A stretch of DNA of 53,791 bases from Catajapyx aquilonaris (lineage: Eukaryota): the NCBI GenBank assembly GCA_000934665.2, contig JYFJ02002670.1, positions 1-53,791 on the forward strand, given 5' to 3'. Position numbers and translations under genes: made by a program. Of this stretch, positions 10,271 through 47,600 are shown piece after piece; the stretch's first letter is position 1, and every line of letters begins with the position of its first letter. The notes under the pieces are model-generated. The model ran no database searches and was not told the origin of the DNA. It saw only the letters and a program-made list of their open reading frames with translations.

Positions 10271-13200
10271 ATGGCTGCCTTTAGTTGTGAATGGAGTAGC
10301 TACCTGAGGATGGGATTAACGATGGTGTTAATTGTGTCTGCAGTTATTCAAACAGTTGCAGGTGTGTGTTAATTTGTTGTTAGGAGTATCATCGTTTGAA
10401 GCAGAGCTATACATTGGAAACAGTCATAATAGGGGATATTAATAAATTTTAAAGAAATGGAAAGGTTCTGTTCCTGTAAGTAGTGAGAATTTGGGTTTTG
10501 AATTTTCCAGGTGAGATTGGTTGCAGGACCACGCTTGACTGCTTCTTCGTGCCAGGTCGGGTGTGCGTGGAGGGCAGATGTGTTTGTGACCCAAGCTTCT
10601 ACAACGATGCCCTCTTTTCATGTCATCCAAGTACGTATGTTATGCGTGTCATTTGTGGTCGGATTACAAGTTACAGTACAGTGGGTCCCTTTTATTAGCA
10701 GCGAATTGGTTCCAAGCCCTCCCACAAATAAGTGAAACCCACAGATAAACCTAACCCTGTATTTAATATGCGTATTTTAAACATGTATGTGTATGGTAAG
10801 TTGAATTAACAAATTATGCACATTAAGGCAGTAACAAACAATTATGAATAATATATGCATTACAACAATACATTACAATAAAATATACCTAGTGTGCAGT
10901 CTAATTTATTACATTCAGACAACAAAAACAATAATTAACAATGAAATTTGGTAGTTACAATAATGGATGGATACCCCGTGATAGGCCCCTTGGGCCTCTT
11001 AGGGGATCATCTTTTGAATAACCGATTTTAATCATTTGCCTGTAATGTGATGGATTTTGATAGTGGGAGGAAACGGGAGAACCCCGAGAAAACCCACGCG
11101 AACACGGAGAGAACCCATCGAAACTCTATCCACATAAGTATCCTCCGTCCGACCCGGGGATCGAACTCGGGACCTTAGAGGTGGAAGGCTGGCTGCTAAC
11201 CGCTCGGCCACCGTGTCGCCCAGTTACAATAATATAGCACTGTTCTGTAATAAAAGTACATGTTGGATTTTTGAAAACTATTATTAATATATTTGTGATA
11301 TTTTCAAACCATGGAACTGCAGATAATCGGGCCTCACTGAAGTTACTTCCAACATGGTGAAATATTGTGGTAAAAGAACAATGCATTTTTCAGTTGAGTT
11401 GGTCCTGATTGCAACGCTAATACTGAGTCTGTCTTAGTAGATACAACACTAGGGCAAAGTATGCATTAGTTTTGAAGTTGCTCAAGTAGCAAGAATTTGA
11501 AAATATTCAATTAGGTAACCAGCGCCCTACCAATCCTTACATCTGTAGTCTCCAGTATTTTTCCACTATTGATTCACCCCGACAGGCATAAGAAGTGTTG
11601 GTGATTGCGCCTATCAGAGTCAGGCTAAATGTAAAGCAAGCGGTTGGTCATGGCACGTGTATTACAGTGGTCCTCCTTCTCATGGCTAAAGGGTACCCTC
11701 CTCCATAGCTAAGATCGCCCTTGTCCTTTAAAAAAATATCTCCGGTCAATGCAAATTTCTCACAGCAGTAATTACGTAGAGACTTAGCCACAATTTATAA
11801 AATTGCTGGACAATTTTTGGATGCATTGGGGGGGGGGGGGGGGNGGCCATTGTTAATTTACTTTTTACAAAAGTGGAGAGATCCAATAAGCCAGGCCTAT
11901 GTGGCCAGATTGTAAGTGTAATACTAGCCTATTACCAGATGTCTGCATATGTACTATGGCTGACTGGGGTGCCACTTGACATTAAATGCATTATTATCTT
12001 GGCATTACAAAGACTAAAATGTGTCCACAATAGGCATGAACAAATTGTGACATTGGTCACATAGTTCCATAATCCATAGTTCGCTAAGTGTGGCACAATT
12101 TTTGAACTGTAGGGTCTTCATATGAAGAACTACTTGAGACTGATAACACTGGAGCATGTTACAAAAATAACACTTTAAAGTGAAGTTATAAATCACTGCC
12201 TAAAAGGGCAATTATCCATCTTTAACCCAGATATGCCAGGAATTTTGTTTAAAATTTCTTGAGCTTTTTTTGTTTTTATTAGTTTATATTAGTTCCCAAA
12301 ACACAACAATCGAGATAAAACATTTTTCTGAATGCTTGTTTTTGAGAAAAAGGCCATTCCCTATAATTATGGGATGCCAGGAAAATGTACCCTAATATGG
12401 CTATAATAGTTGATTACATTACCATGGCAACAATGACATTCAGCAATATCCATAGTTTCATAATATCATCGATGATTGATTGTTGTCGATTGCATTACCA
12501 CAGAAACAGGCCGTGCAAAGAAGGGGTTGTGATTGAGTCACAATCAACAACAATCAAGGGTTGTTGCAAAGGTTGCCATGTTAATCAATTGCCATGTAAT
12601 CTCGTTTTAATTGTATGGATTCATTAAAATACAGTTCTACAAAGGGTACAAAATCCACACACATGCTTTACTTGTCCAAATGTAGGTGTGTGTTCCCCTT
12701 AGAGGACACCAGGTTTCAGCACTACTCTCACACAAGGAAAGTAAAAAATATGCCTAAACAGGGTTCGGAAATTTAATTTACCGTCGCTTTGGGAAATGAT
12801 AGAGGGGTTCCAGATGATCACTTTGAGTATATGCAACGTGGGTCTCCGACACATATTTATCGAGATAATTAGCATTAAATAAAAAGTGCATTGTCCCAGC
12901 TTATAAGTTTTGGATACTGCTTACGACACTTCCATCGCCTAGGCCAGAGGTTCCCAAACTTTTTGAGTCGCGGAGCACTTTTCAGGAGAGAGATTCGTGA
13001 CGGAGCACTAACATCATCGAGCCACGAAAGCAGACAAAAAATTCTGGGGTGGAGGGTGGGGAGGGAAGGTGAGGGTCGAAAGGGCGATGCAGGCGAAAAT
13101 TTTTGGGGTTCAAGGTCACACAAGCTACTGAGAGATTTGAATGGGTATAACTTATTGAAGAATTCCTTTTTTTTCCCCAACCTCTTTGAGGAGCACTTGG

Positions 13201-15424
13201 AGAAGCTTCGCGGAGCACAGTTTGGGAACCTCTGGCCTAGGCCATTCCCTGCTACACCTAACAAGATCGTAAATTAAAATTATATAACATGACAACACCT
13301 TATTTAAAGGAAAAAGGTAAGGTCGCGTGGAGGGATGCATACATGCCAGGATATTTGATACCTTGTGCTTGAAGCACATTATCTCGGTAACTATGGGTCG
13401 GAGACCCATGTTGCATAATTCATACTCAAAGTGATCACCTAGAACCCATAGCATTTCCCAAACCAGTAGGTTAAATTTCCGAACCCTGTATTTCTACATG
13501 GAAGAAGTTCATAATTCATAAGTTTGATAAATATTACAAACAATAAATAACTCATAACACTAATCAATATTCGAGAATTACTAATCATATTCAGAACATG
13601 AAGGTGCAGCAATTTTTTCCTGCGCTAAAATTCAAACACCTGTATCTTAAAAAGCTGAAGCAATACTGACCAAGTTTGAACTTGTATCATTAGCTGGGAC
13701 TCTACTGAAGCATCCCGTGACTACTGCCAGCTCTTTAGCAGCAGAAGAACTAGCTCAAAAAAACTAAAATGTAACTGACTGTGCAGGGCATATCTGGGTT
13801 AATATGCCTTCCTTACACATTTGTATTTTTAAACAATAAAACATCATCATGCATCATGTCTCTGTTCTTATTTCAGTTCGTACACATGGTGATTCATGTC
13901 TGGATGACTTAGACTGCATAGCAGCTGACAATGACCTTGTCTGTACCAGATCTGAACTCAAGAGCTGTCGCTGTCGGAAGTAAGTTTGTCTTTTGCTACA
14001 TGCAGAGGTGACATTCATGACCTCTTCCATTTTCAGAGGATACTTTTGGGATTCTCTGTCAAAACGGTGCCTGCAAGGAGAGGAACGTTATGTGAAAGAA
14101 GCTGAGGAATACTTTGGTGGACTCCTTGATGCACTTGTCTTCCCTGGAATTGCTATGGTGGCTGGTGGAACAGTCATCTACTTGCTGCTCAAAATGTCAT
14201 GTCGATCGTAAGTGCTTAAGCTGCCAATTTCTATTAGTCGAGGATAGCACTTCACTCTATTAGCCATCATTGTTTATTATACTACAAGTTTCTTAAGATG
14301 TAAGAACAGTTTTATTCCTGGTTGTATCACCTGAAATGAAGACAAAATCTTGGAGTATGTATAGTGAATGCCTATACATAATTCAAGATTCTCCCTTCTT
14401 TTGCATTCTAACAACTGGGCCTCATTTTTTTTTCAATTCTTGTTTCAAAGTAGTAGTATCAGCATTTAATGTTCTGGAGCTGGCTGTGACTAGGGCATCA
14501 CACCTGGAGGATGCATTGGTAGAGCTGGTATAATTGCATGGGCCCCTACTAGCACCAGACTCAATGCAACTGGATATTCTCCTCTGCAGTAGTTGCAATG
14601 TAAAACACATTGCCTATCAATCCAATAACCTTCAGCAGTTCAGAACCCACGTAAGGGAAAAAATAGCTACATTTACATGCAACATGCTACAAAACATGTG
14701 GACTGAAGTCAAATTTTGTCCAGCTGTTTACTGTGATACCAAGGGTGCCCATTTTGAAATACGCTGTACTCCCGATTATCCGGGCTAACGGCTGCACGGG
14801 TGTCGCCAGATTATCGGAAAACACGGATAATCAGAATATTGCCCTAGATACTATAAAATGAGGTATTCACAGGTTTTAAATGAACAAATGTACTGCTTTA
14901 AATCAGATTTAATTGAAATTGGAAAAATGTCCATAAATTTTTAATTTGTCTTCCGTTATATTTCTTTGTTTGCAAGAAAAATTGACCTTTTTTGGGACAT
15001 TTCTTTGTTTTAGCCATGCATGGATTATCCGCACCCGGATAATTGGGAGTAGTGTATACCAAAAATATTGCCTCGAGATAAAACTTTGAAAACTGTTCTT
15101 AGCAATGATGTAACATGGACGTGTATGATAAGCCCATTTTGAGATATTAATTTTTCTTTTTGGATCTATCATCCAGATTCCCTGTATAGCTTTAAAAATT
15201 TCTTAATATATCTCTACAGGGGTTCCCCATGGAGCATGTTCCCTGCAGTCCAACCCAAACACTGGATTCCATACCCACTTGTAGGGATTGAAAGTGACCT
15301 GGAATGTGTCTCACTTCACGGTGGACCACAACAGATGGCACCTCCATCATACGAAGAAGCTATGAGGCACAAGATCCTGCTTGGGGGCACTGATGCTACC
15401 ATGGAAGATTCTGAGAGGCTGTGA
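10271..15424 (+). CDS. Uncharacterised type I membrane protein with two EB-module-like cysteine repeats and a cytoplasmic PPxY motif (~229 aa)
   Basis: Phase-consistent exons 10271-10361 (signal peptide-like MGLTMVLIVSAVIQTVAG), 10511-10630, 13877-13979, 14037-14207 (TM ALVFPGIAMVAGGTVIYLLL), 15220-15424 (PPSYEEA). Total 690 nt with no internal stops. Exon 1 is the least certain. Confidence 0.75.
10679..11339. mobile_element. Degenerate Tigger-like MITE hosting a SINE
   Basis: TA|CAGTGGGTCCC start and GGGCCTCACTG end form imperfect TIRs. Confidence 0.4.
10965..11221 (-). mobile_element. tRNA-derived SINE with a V-SINE-like central domain
   Basis: Minus strand: TGGCCGAGCGG A-box, GAGTTCGATCCC B-box, then GTTCTCTCCGTGTTCGCGTGGGTTTTCTCGGGGTCTCCCGTTTCCTCCCAC, ending in CCATCC; 12 bp TSD AGTTACAATAAT at 10953-10964 and 11222-11233. 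Confidence 0.8.
12759..13488. mobile_element. Tc1/mariner-like MITE
   Basis: CAGGGTTCGGAAATTTAA ... TTAAATTTCCGAACCCTG|TA inverted ends. Confidence 0.7.
12945..13234. mobile_element. hAT (Charlie-like) MITE nested in the previous element
   Basis: 16 bp TIR CAGAGGTTCCCAAACT / AGTTTGGGAACCTCTG and perfect 8 bp TSD GCCTAGGC. Confidence 0.9.
14762..15054. mobile_element. Tigger/pogo-like MITE
   Basis: TACTCCCGATTATCCGGG ... CCCGGATAATTGGGAGTA inverted termini with TA flanks. Confidence 0.6.
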
Positions 15425-16430
15425 AAGAATAACCAAAAAAAAAAAAAAAAAAAAAAAAAAAACTACCCTTTTGTCTTAGTAGGTGTGCATTGCCAAGGAA
15501 AGAGACATTCTTGTAGCTCAGTCCAACAACCATGCACAGATTTGGTTGGTTAGGCCACATGACCATCACTGCATCTGCTACTCTGAATGTCATCTACTCT
15601 CTCTAGGTGGATGTGGCATACCTCAAGACTGTCGCACGAGTAGAATTCGACTGGATGTGGTCGAGTCGTACTTGTCAACACAGCCTTAGGTGACCCCCAT
15701 GTAAATAAAAGATAAAAGAGATTCTCAAACAGTGATGCTCTGCATTTATTCTAACAGTCATACGTCTGTGACGACAAGGCCGCCTGCTATTAACTAACAC
15801 CAACAGAGGGGAGGGGAGGGCATTATTTAAAAGTATTGATCGCCATGCCCATAATATAACAGTCATCTAGAATCGAACAAGTTTTTCCCTGTTGGAACCA
15901 AAAAAGACAAGTCGAGATGAACACGTGATCACGGACAGAAGCAGCAGATCAAGTCGGGGTTACTACGTTTGCACACTCTTCCTGTTTGTGATGAGCCTCC
16001 CCATGAATTCGCTGTGCAGGTCACTTGGCTTTGCATCCATACTGCTTGGAAATCATCATGATTCTGCCCTTTTAAAATACTCCCCCTATTAATCAAAATT
16101 CACTTAAAATTGCCAGATGCAGGGCACAATTTATCCACGGACCCGCTCCTTCTTCTTGAACCTGGAAGATGAACCCCAAGTAAGAACTGTTTCCCACAAT
16201 GATTTAATACTATCGCCGTTGGTGACTATCACTTCTGGCTCGGGAGGTAACGGAATGTGTTGGGATGTCTCGAGTCAGTCCTTAGAATGGATTGAAAACA
16301 AGCACTCGTGGATGTGCATCTGATAATGTATCAAAATTATTCTTGGGCTGGGAAAACAGGAGGCAGAAGTGAAGTCGGGGGTGCATGTGCCGCAGACTGA
16401 TGTGGTTGGAGATGTGACGCTCGCCAAATC

Positions 16431-42111
<25,681 letters not shown>

Positions 42112-42957
42112 ACTTGTCCTGAAAAAATTCCCAAATTTTTGCCTTCAGGACCTCACGTCTTCTGGGGGGAAAACGGATCGGGATAAGATGGGGCCAAATT
42201 GCTCGGGCCTCGTGTCCACCCAGATTGAACTTTCTCCTGTTGTGAGGAGATTGGTGAAAAACAATGCGGGCCAGAGGGAAATGAGGACCAAGCACTAATG
42301 GCAACTCTTTCCCAAGCCAGTGTTATGACAAGCACCTGGCAGGAAGTGGATGATTGCTTGTACAACAAAGCCGGAACAGGGATTTACTTTCAGACGGAAG
42401 TTGTAGGCCTAATGAGGTAATTTTTGAAGTTTCCGATGTAATAATTCATAAACTGGAAGTATCCGTCACTATACATTTTAAATATAAAATTATCTTAGAG
42501 CGTTATTCTTCCCGCACATTGTGGATAAGAAACCGCTATGTTGGTACAATACTCGTACATGTCGAAATATCTGCAATTTCAAATACTGTTCGTTGGTATC
42601 GAATCTGACAAGGATATTCGATAAATGCTTGATTTACACAAACTTCCCGAGTTGAGACACTGCACTGAGGCGTGATAATAATACAGTACGATGTAATTTT
42701 CATCAATTCATGGCGTATTTCACGAACTTGGTACAGAAGTTCAGTGCCCCAATTCTAAGTAGGTCTATTTAATGCAATTTAAATACTTGAAGCCTTTAAA
42801 CAGCGTGCAACTATCTGCTGCTGACAGCCCGTTAATTAGCAAAAGTTTCGACACCTTTTCGCAACATCGCGACATTTAACGAGCGTTTTCAAAGCATTTC
42901 GCATAGCAGTTGGCTCAATAATGCTGTACGATGCTTGTAATATAATCATATTGTTAA

Positions 42958-43022
42958 GTAGGAGGTAACTCGCTCGCTCCCACGGATATAGAAAGGGACC
43001 GGGTTCGATCCCAAGCGCGGAC
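42958..43022 (+). mobile_element. tRNA-derived SINE head fragment
   Basis: B-box GGGTTCGATCCC at ~43001-43012 preceded by a degenerate A-box; no proper cloverleaf. Confidence 0.4.
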
Positions 43023-44682
43023 TTCCCTTTCTCATCCCATGCCGAGTTTCGTCGTTTCCGGCTTCGTCTCGGATAAGATTTCCGGTAGACTAACCACCCA
43101 GGGGAATGTACAAATTGCACTTGTACTGCACTGTACATCTAACTTATAAGCAAATGAAAAAATACCGTGCCATGTGCCCAATACGGACTGTGGACTAATC
43201 AACTAATTATTAAGTTATATAGGAATTATTATTCAGTGGGGAAATCTGTACCTAGCTTGAACGTTCGTAGGCCCTTAACTTATTCAAGTATATCCCACAA
43301 CTCTAATGTATTCTTCTGGCATGGGAAACCTATAATGTGGGAGGAAGAGCGAGAGTCTACTGCTGCAACAGTGCAAGAACAGTATTTGGTAGAGGGCATG
43401 AGGGCAAACCAGCAAGTCATACACCTCTTGGCACCCTGAATTTTCAACTCACGACTCACGACCACTTGTTGGCAAAGGCTGCCAAAAGGTGGGTTGGTGA
43501 TCACATTTGAGAGAACTCTGGTAGGAGGGATCATCCAGATAGCTGCAAGGCCTTAACCAATTATGATGGGGGAAAGGAGGTGAACGTGACTTCACCTCCT
43601 CGGGGCCTCCCAACCTACTTTTTACAATCCTTGGTATTCGGTGGGGTTTTCAGGTGGAAAATTCCAGCCTGGGTTCTTGGGCCCAGGTGTATTGGGTTAA
43701 CCACGCCAAACATACCAACTATACGAAAGTAACATATAGAAGTCGCGAAAAAATAACATTGGGACATAGTGTAACTATAGTAGCCTGCTGGATATGACAT
43801 GAGACACAAAAAACTAGTGGTGAATGATGGTCCTGTCATAACGTGACTCAACCCTGCATGTCCACACTGAGTCATGTCAGTGTACCGGTACAGAAAAAAA
43901 CTGCAATTTATAATTTCCTAAATTTAGAACAAAATTATCGTTACACTGCTCTGAATTTATACATATAGATTGATATATGCATATACCTCAAAAATGTAGT
44001 ACATTTCCTTCAAAATACCGTTCAAAACACTGCGCAAGCGTCGTTATCGTTATATGAAGTCTACTTTCCAATATAGCTTAGGAATGTCAACAACTGTCAG
44101 CATTCATGGAAATCCATCCTTTCTGCCAATAAGTCAGAAACGAGCCTCGGAATATCATGCAGCAGTGGCAGCTCAATAATCTATTCAAACTCACGCATAT
44201 GTCTGGCAGCAATTGCTTTGTTTGTCAACAACATTCGATAGACAGTCACAGAACACCTACGATGCACCAAAACTGTCAATCCGCTACCATTAACCAGCAA
44301 GTTAGTTACAATAACTGCACTGTACCTGCGTCGAATGCCATAACCAGAATACCAGCGAGGCAGGTCCACGTTGAAAACAGAGAAAAACCACTACACTGAT
44401 GGCCAGCAAGCAAGGGCCAACGCTTCCACACAACTGCAGAGTGCGGACTGTACACCGTAGTAACCGCGTCAGAGAGAGCACTGCGGGGCTGGCTACCTCG
44501 AACAGAGAGCTGGAGTATTTTCCCGCCAGTCAGCTCCGATCTGCTCATTCCCACAGTGGCCAATGAGGGCTCTACTGCACCGTTTACCAGTACCATCTAC
44601 CGTGTGCTGGTGCATTTCTAGTGGGGTGCACATGTTGGACCACGGTCATATGTTGGAGTTGGACTGTCTGCGAGCTACGAGC

Positions 44683-47600
44683 ATGGCGGCCGCCTTGTGG
44701 AGGCTGGGTGCTGAAGAGGCTCTTCGTTTGCGGGTCCTGACAGCGCTTCCTCAGGTACGGTATGGGCATCATATGAGGGGAAAACCGCCTGGAATTGCCC
44801 GGAGTCTGGCGGAGAGGCTTGAAGGTGGGTACTCTGCCGTAATGAACAATAGTTGAGTACCACATTTGCGTTCTGACCCTATTCTCATTAATTAGAACTT
44901 CAAATCGAGGATCCGTCAGTTCATTTTAAAGTAGACATTGGTTTACCGGTGTTGAGAAAAAGTCGCAAGAAGGAGTTACAAGAACGCTTGGGTTTGTTGA
45001 AAGAGAAGCGGAACTCGCACCAAAGTGAAGAGCTATCTCGGACAAGGAAGTGTAAGTAAAGACTTATGAAGAAATGGGCCAAAGTCTTGACATTTTTAAA
45101 TTTCAGTGCGGATTGACTTGGATGAAGTGAAGAATGACTGGAAATCAACTTGTGGCCAATTTCAAATCAAGGAAGTGGCTGAGCATTATGGCATTTATGA
45201 CCACCTGTATGGAGATGCTTACTTTGTGCCACAGATTATGTTAGATGTGGCATTTCATCCTGATAAAGAATCAGCTGTACTGGTACACCGGGGAAATGTC
45301 GTCAAACCAGCTGAAGCAAAAGAAGCTCCATCAGTTCAGTTTGATGCGGAGCCAGACTCAATGTGGACTCTTGTGATGACCAACCTCGATGGTCATTTTA
45401 CTGAATCTGATACCGAGTACCTTCACTGGTTCAAGTATGTTCAGTATGTCATTTACGGCGGCATTTATTAATTGCTTTTATTCACCAGGGGGAACATACG
45501 TGGAAATGACATATCATCGGGTGAAGATGTGTGTCCTTACCTCCAGCCATTTGCACCTAAAGGAACAGGATATCATCGCTTTGTTTTTGTTTTGTACAAA
45601 CAAGAATGTTTAATTGACTTCTCCAAGTGGAAGAAGCCGTCAACACCTTGGTGTGTATTTGATTTTGGAGAGTAACGACCTAATAATGATGCAAACTGTT
45701 ATTTTCAGTGTCAGCTTGTCAGAACGTACTTTTAAAACATTAGAGTTCTATCGTGAGCTGCAAGATTCATTAACTCCTGCAGGACTAGCATTCTTCCAAT
45801 CAGATTGGGACTCCACACTGAAGGACTTTTTCCACAATATACTGCGTGAGTGTTTGACACATGTCGAATTTTTTTCAAGTGGTTCAGGGTGGGTGTATTT
45901 TATGGTATCCCAGTCCAGTAACACGTGTGGTAAAAATCTGTACATCTCATATACTAGTGGACCTAATTTTGTTGACACCTGAGTGGCAGGAAAGCTGGAA
46001 AATGCAAAAGAGAACACCACCCACATTTCTTTGGGCCGAACCTCTTGGGATTGGTGGGTGACATGACGATTTGGGTTGCAACAATGACTAGGAGGACATG
46101 GTTTACTCGAATGTACTTCCCAGAGAACGACAAGACACTTGTCCCATTGATGGACTGCAGATCTGATAAACCCTCTGATGGTGTTGTCAAGGGAATTGCA
46201 CTCATCTACCATCAATTTTGTTGTAGGTGTAATGGACATTTGATCAAACAACGCGAGTGTACTTGAGGAAACCATGCACTCCAAGCCATTATTGCATCTC
46301 TCTTTTAATGTCTCCCATCTCTGAACCATATGCCTCTGTATGTCACCTGCCCTAATTGCAGTTGAGGCTTGTAATGCCTGGGCAGAATTTTTTTCTTGGC
46401 TGTCCTGCCAGTGTGATGTTAACCAAAGGAGGTGTTCTAACTATCTGATCATGACAAGATGGATTTCACTCGACTCATGTCATGTCATGTGGACGTCACT
46501 GAAATGATCTAAATAGTTCATGATAGGCTCAGGACAGCTGCAGTTATCAGTGTCACTACAACAGCATCCATTACGAGTCAACTCGTATCTCCTTCCGCAT
46601 ATCACTTTTTGCCGTAAACAGAACCTGAAGCTGGCTCTTGGTACATCACAGGTCTGTCTAGTACTCACCTATACAGAAGATCAGTCCAAATATCCAGGGA
46701 CAGGGCAGTGGCAGCAGTGATCATTGTTACCATTGTGACCAAAAGGCAGCATACAAATGCTCAAACCTATATGTATTCCCCAGAACTAGTGGTGTCAGTG
46801 ATCCGTCTTGGTTCATGCATGTAGTTCAGTCTGGGTTTGTTCAGTCTGGGTAGAGGATCAGATTGTACAGTGCTGGACATTAATGGTCAAGTACTGACAG
46901 CAACATGAGCCGTAGCAGCGAAAGAGCGAACCTGATCGTACCATTCATTCATCGATCAGATCAGGTTCACTCTTTCCCCACTACGGCTCATGTCACTGGC
47001 AGTACTTGACCATTAATGTCCAGCACTGTACCTGTAACAAAGGATCAATCTATTAGTAAAGATTTATTAAAGGCACAGTCTGGTTTTTCACCCAGCCCGT
47101 AAAACTATCTGGATAAAGCAAGATGATTGACTGACAGTGTAGTGCACATCTCTATTGCATTGTAGGTGTGAGGCTTTATATGCTGCCATTTTTAGAGCAA
47201 CAGTCACAATGGTCACAGCCACCACTACCCTGTCCCCAGATATTTTGCCAGATCTTCTACATAGGCAGGTACTGGACCAAACTGTGACCTACCTAGTGCC
47301 AAGTTCAGTTTACAGCAGATAGTGATATTCAGAAGGAGATAAGAGTGCCTCCACAATGCCATGGATGCTGGTGTAGCTATGCCTATTCTTACAACTGTCT
47401 CAATCCTAACTTGGAGATCATTTCAGTGAAGTCAATATCATGTGACATGAGTGAGTGAATTGCATCTTGTCATGATCCTGTACTGTACTTAGAACACCTC
47501 CTTTGGTCCATCGGTAGGTGAGACTTGTCCAGATTTTAAGCATATTTGATCCTGGAGTTATTCATAACCATGTCTGCATGAGGTTGATCAGCTCACTTTT

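Noticed and set aside
12875..13277. Overlapping ~129 aa ORFs on both strands
   Set aside because: They span a hAT MITE and its TIRs; no transposase motifs.
45748..46329. 193 aa antisense ORF within mRpL38
   Set aside because: No ATG start or recognisable domain; overlaps an exon and intron antisense; likely chance.
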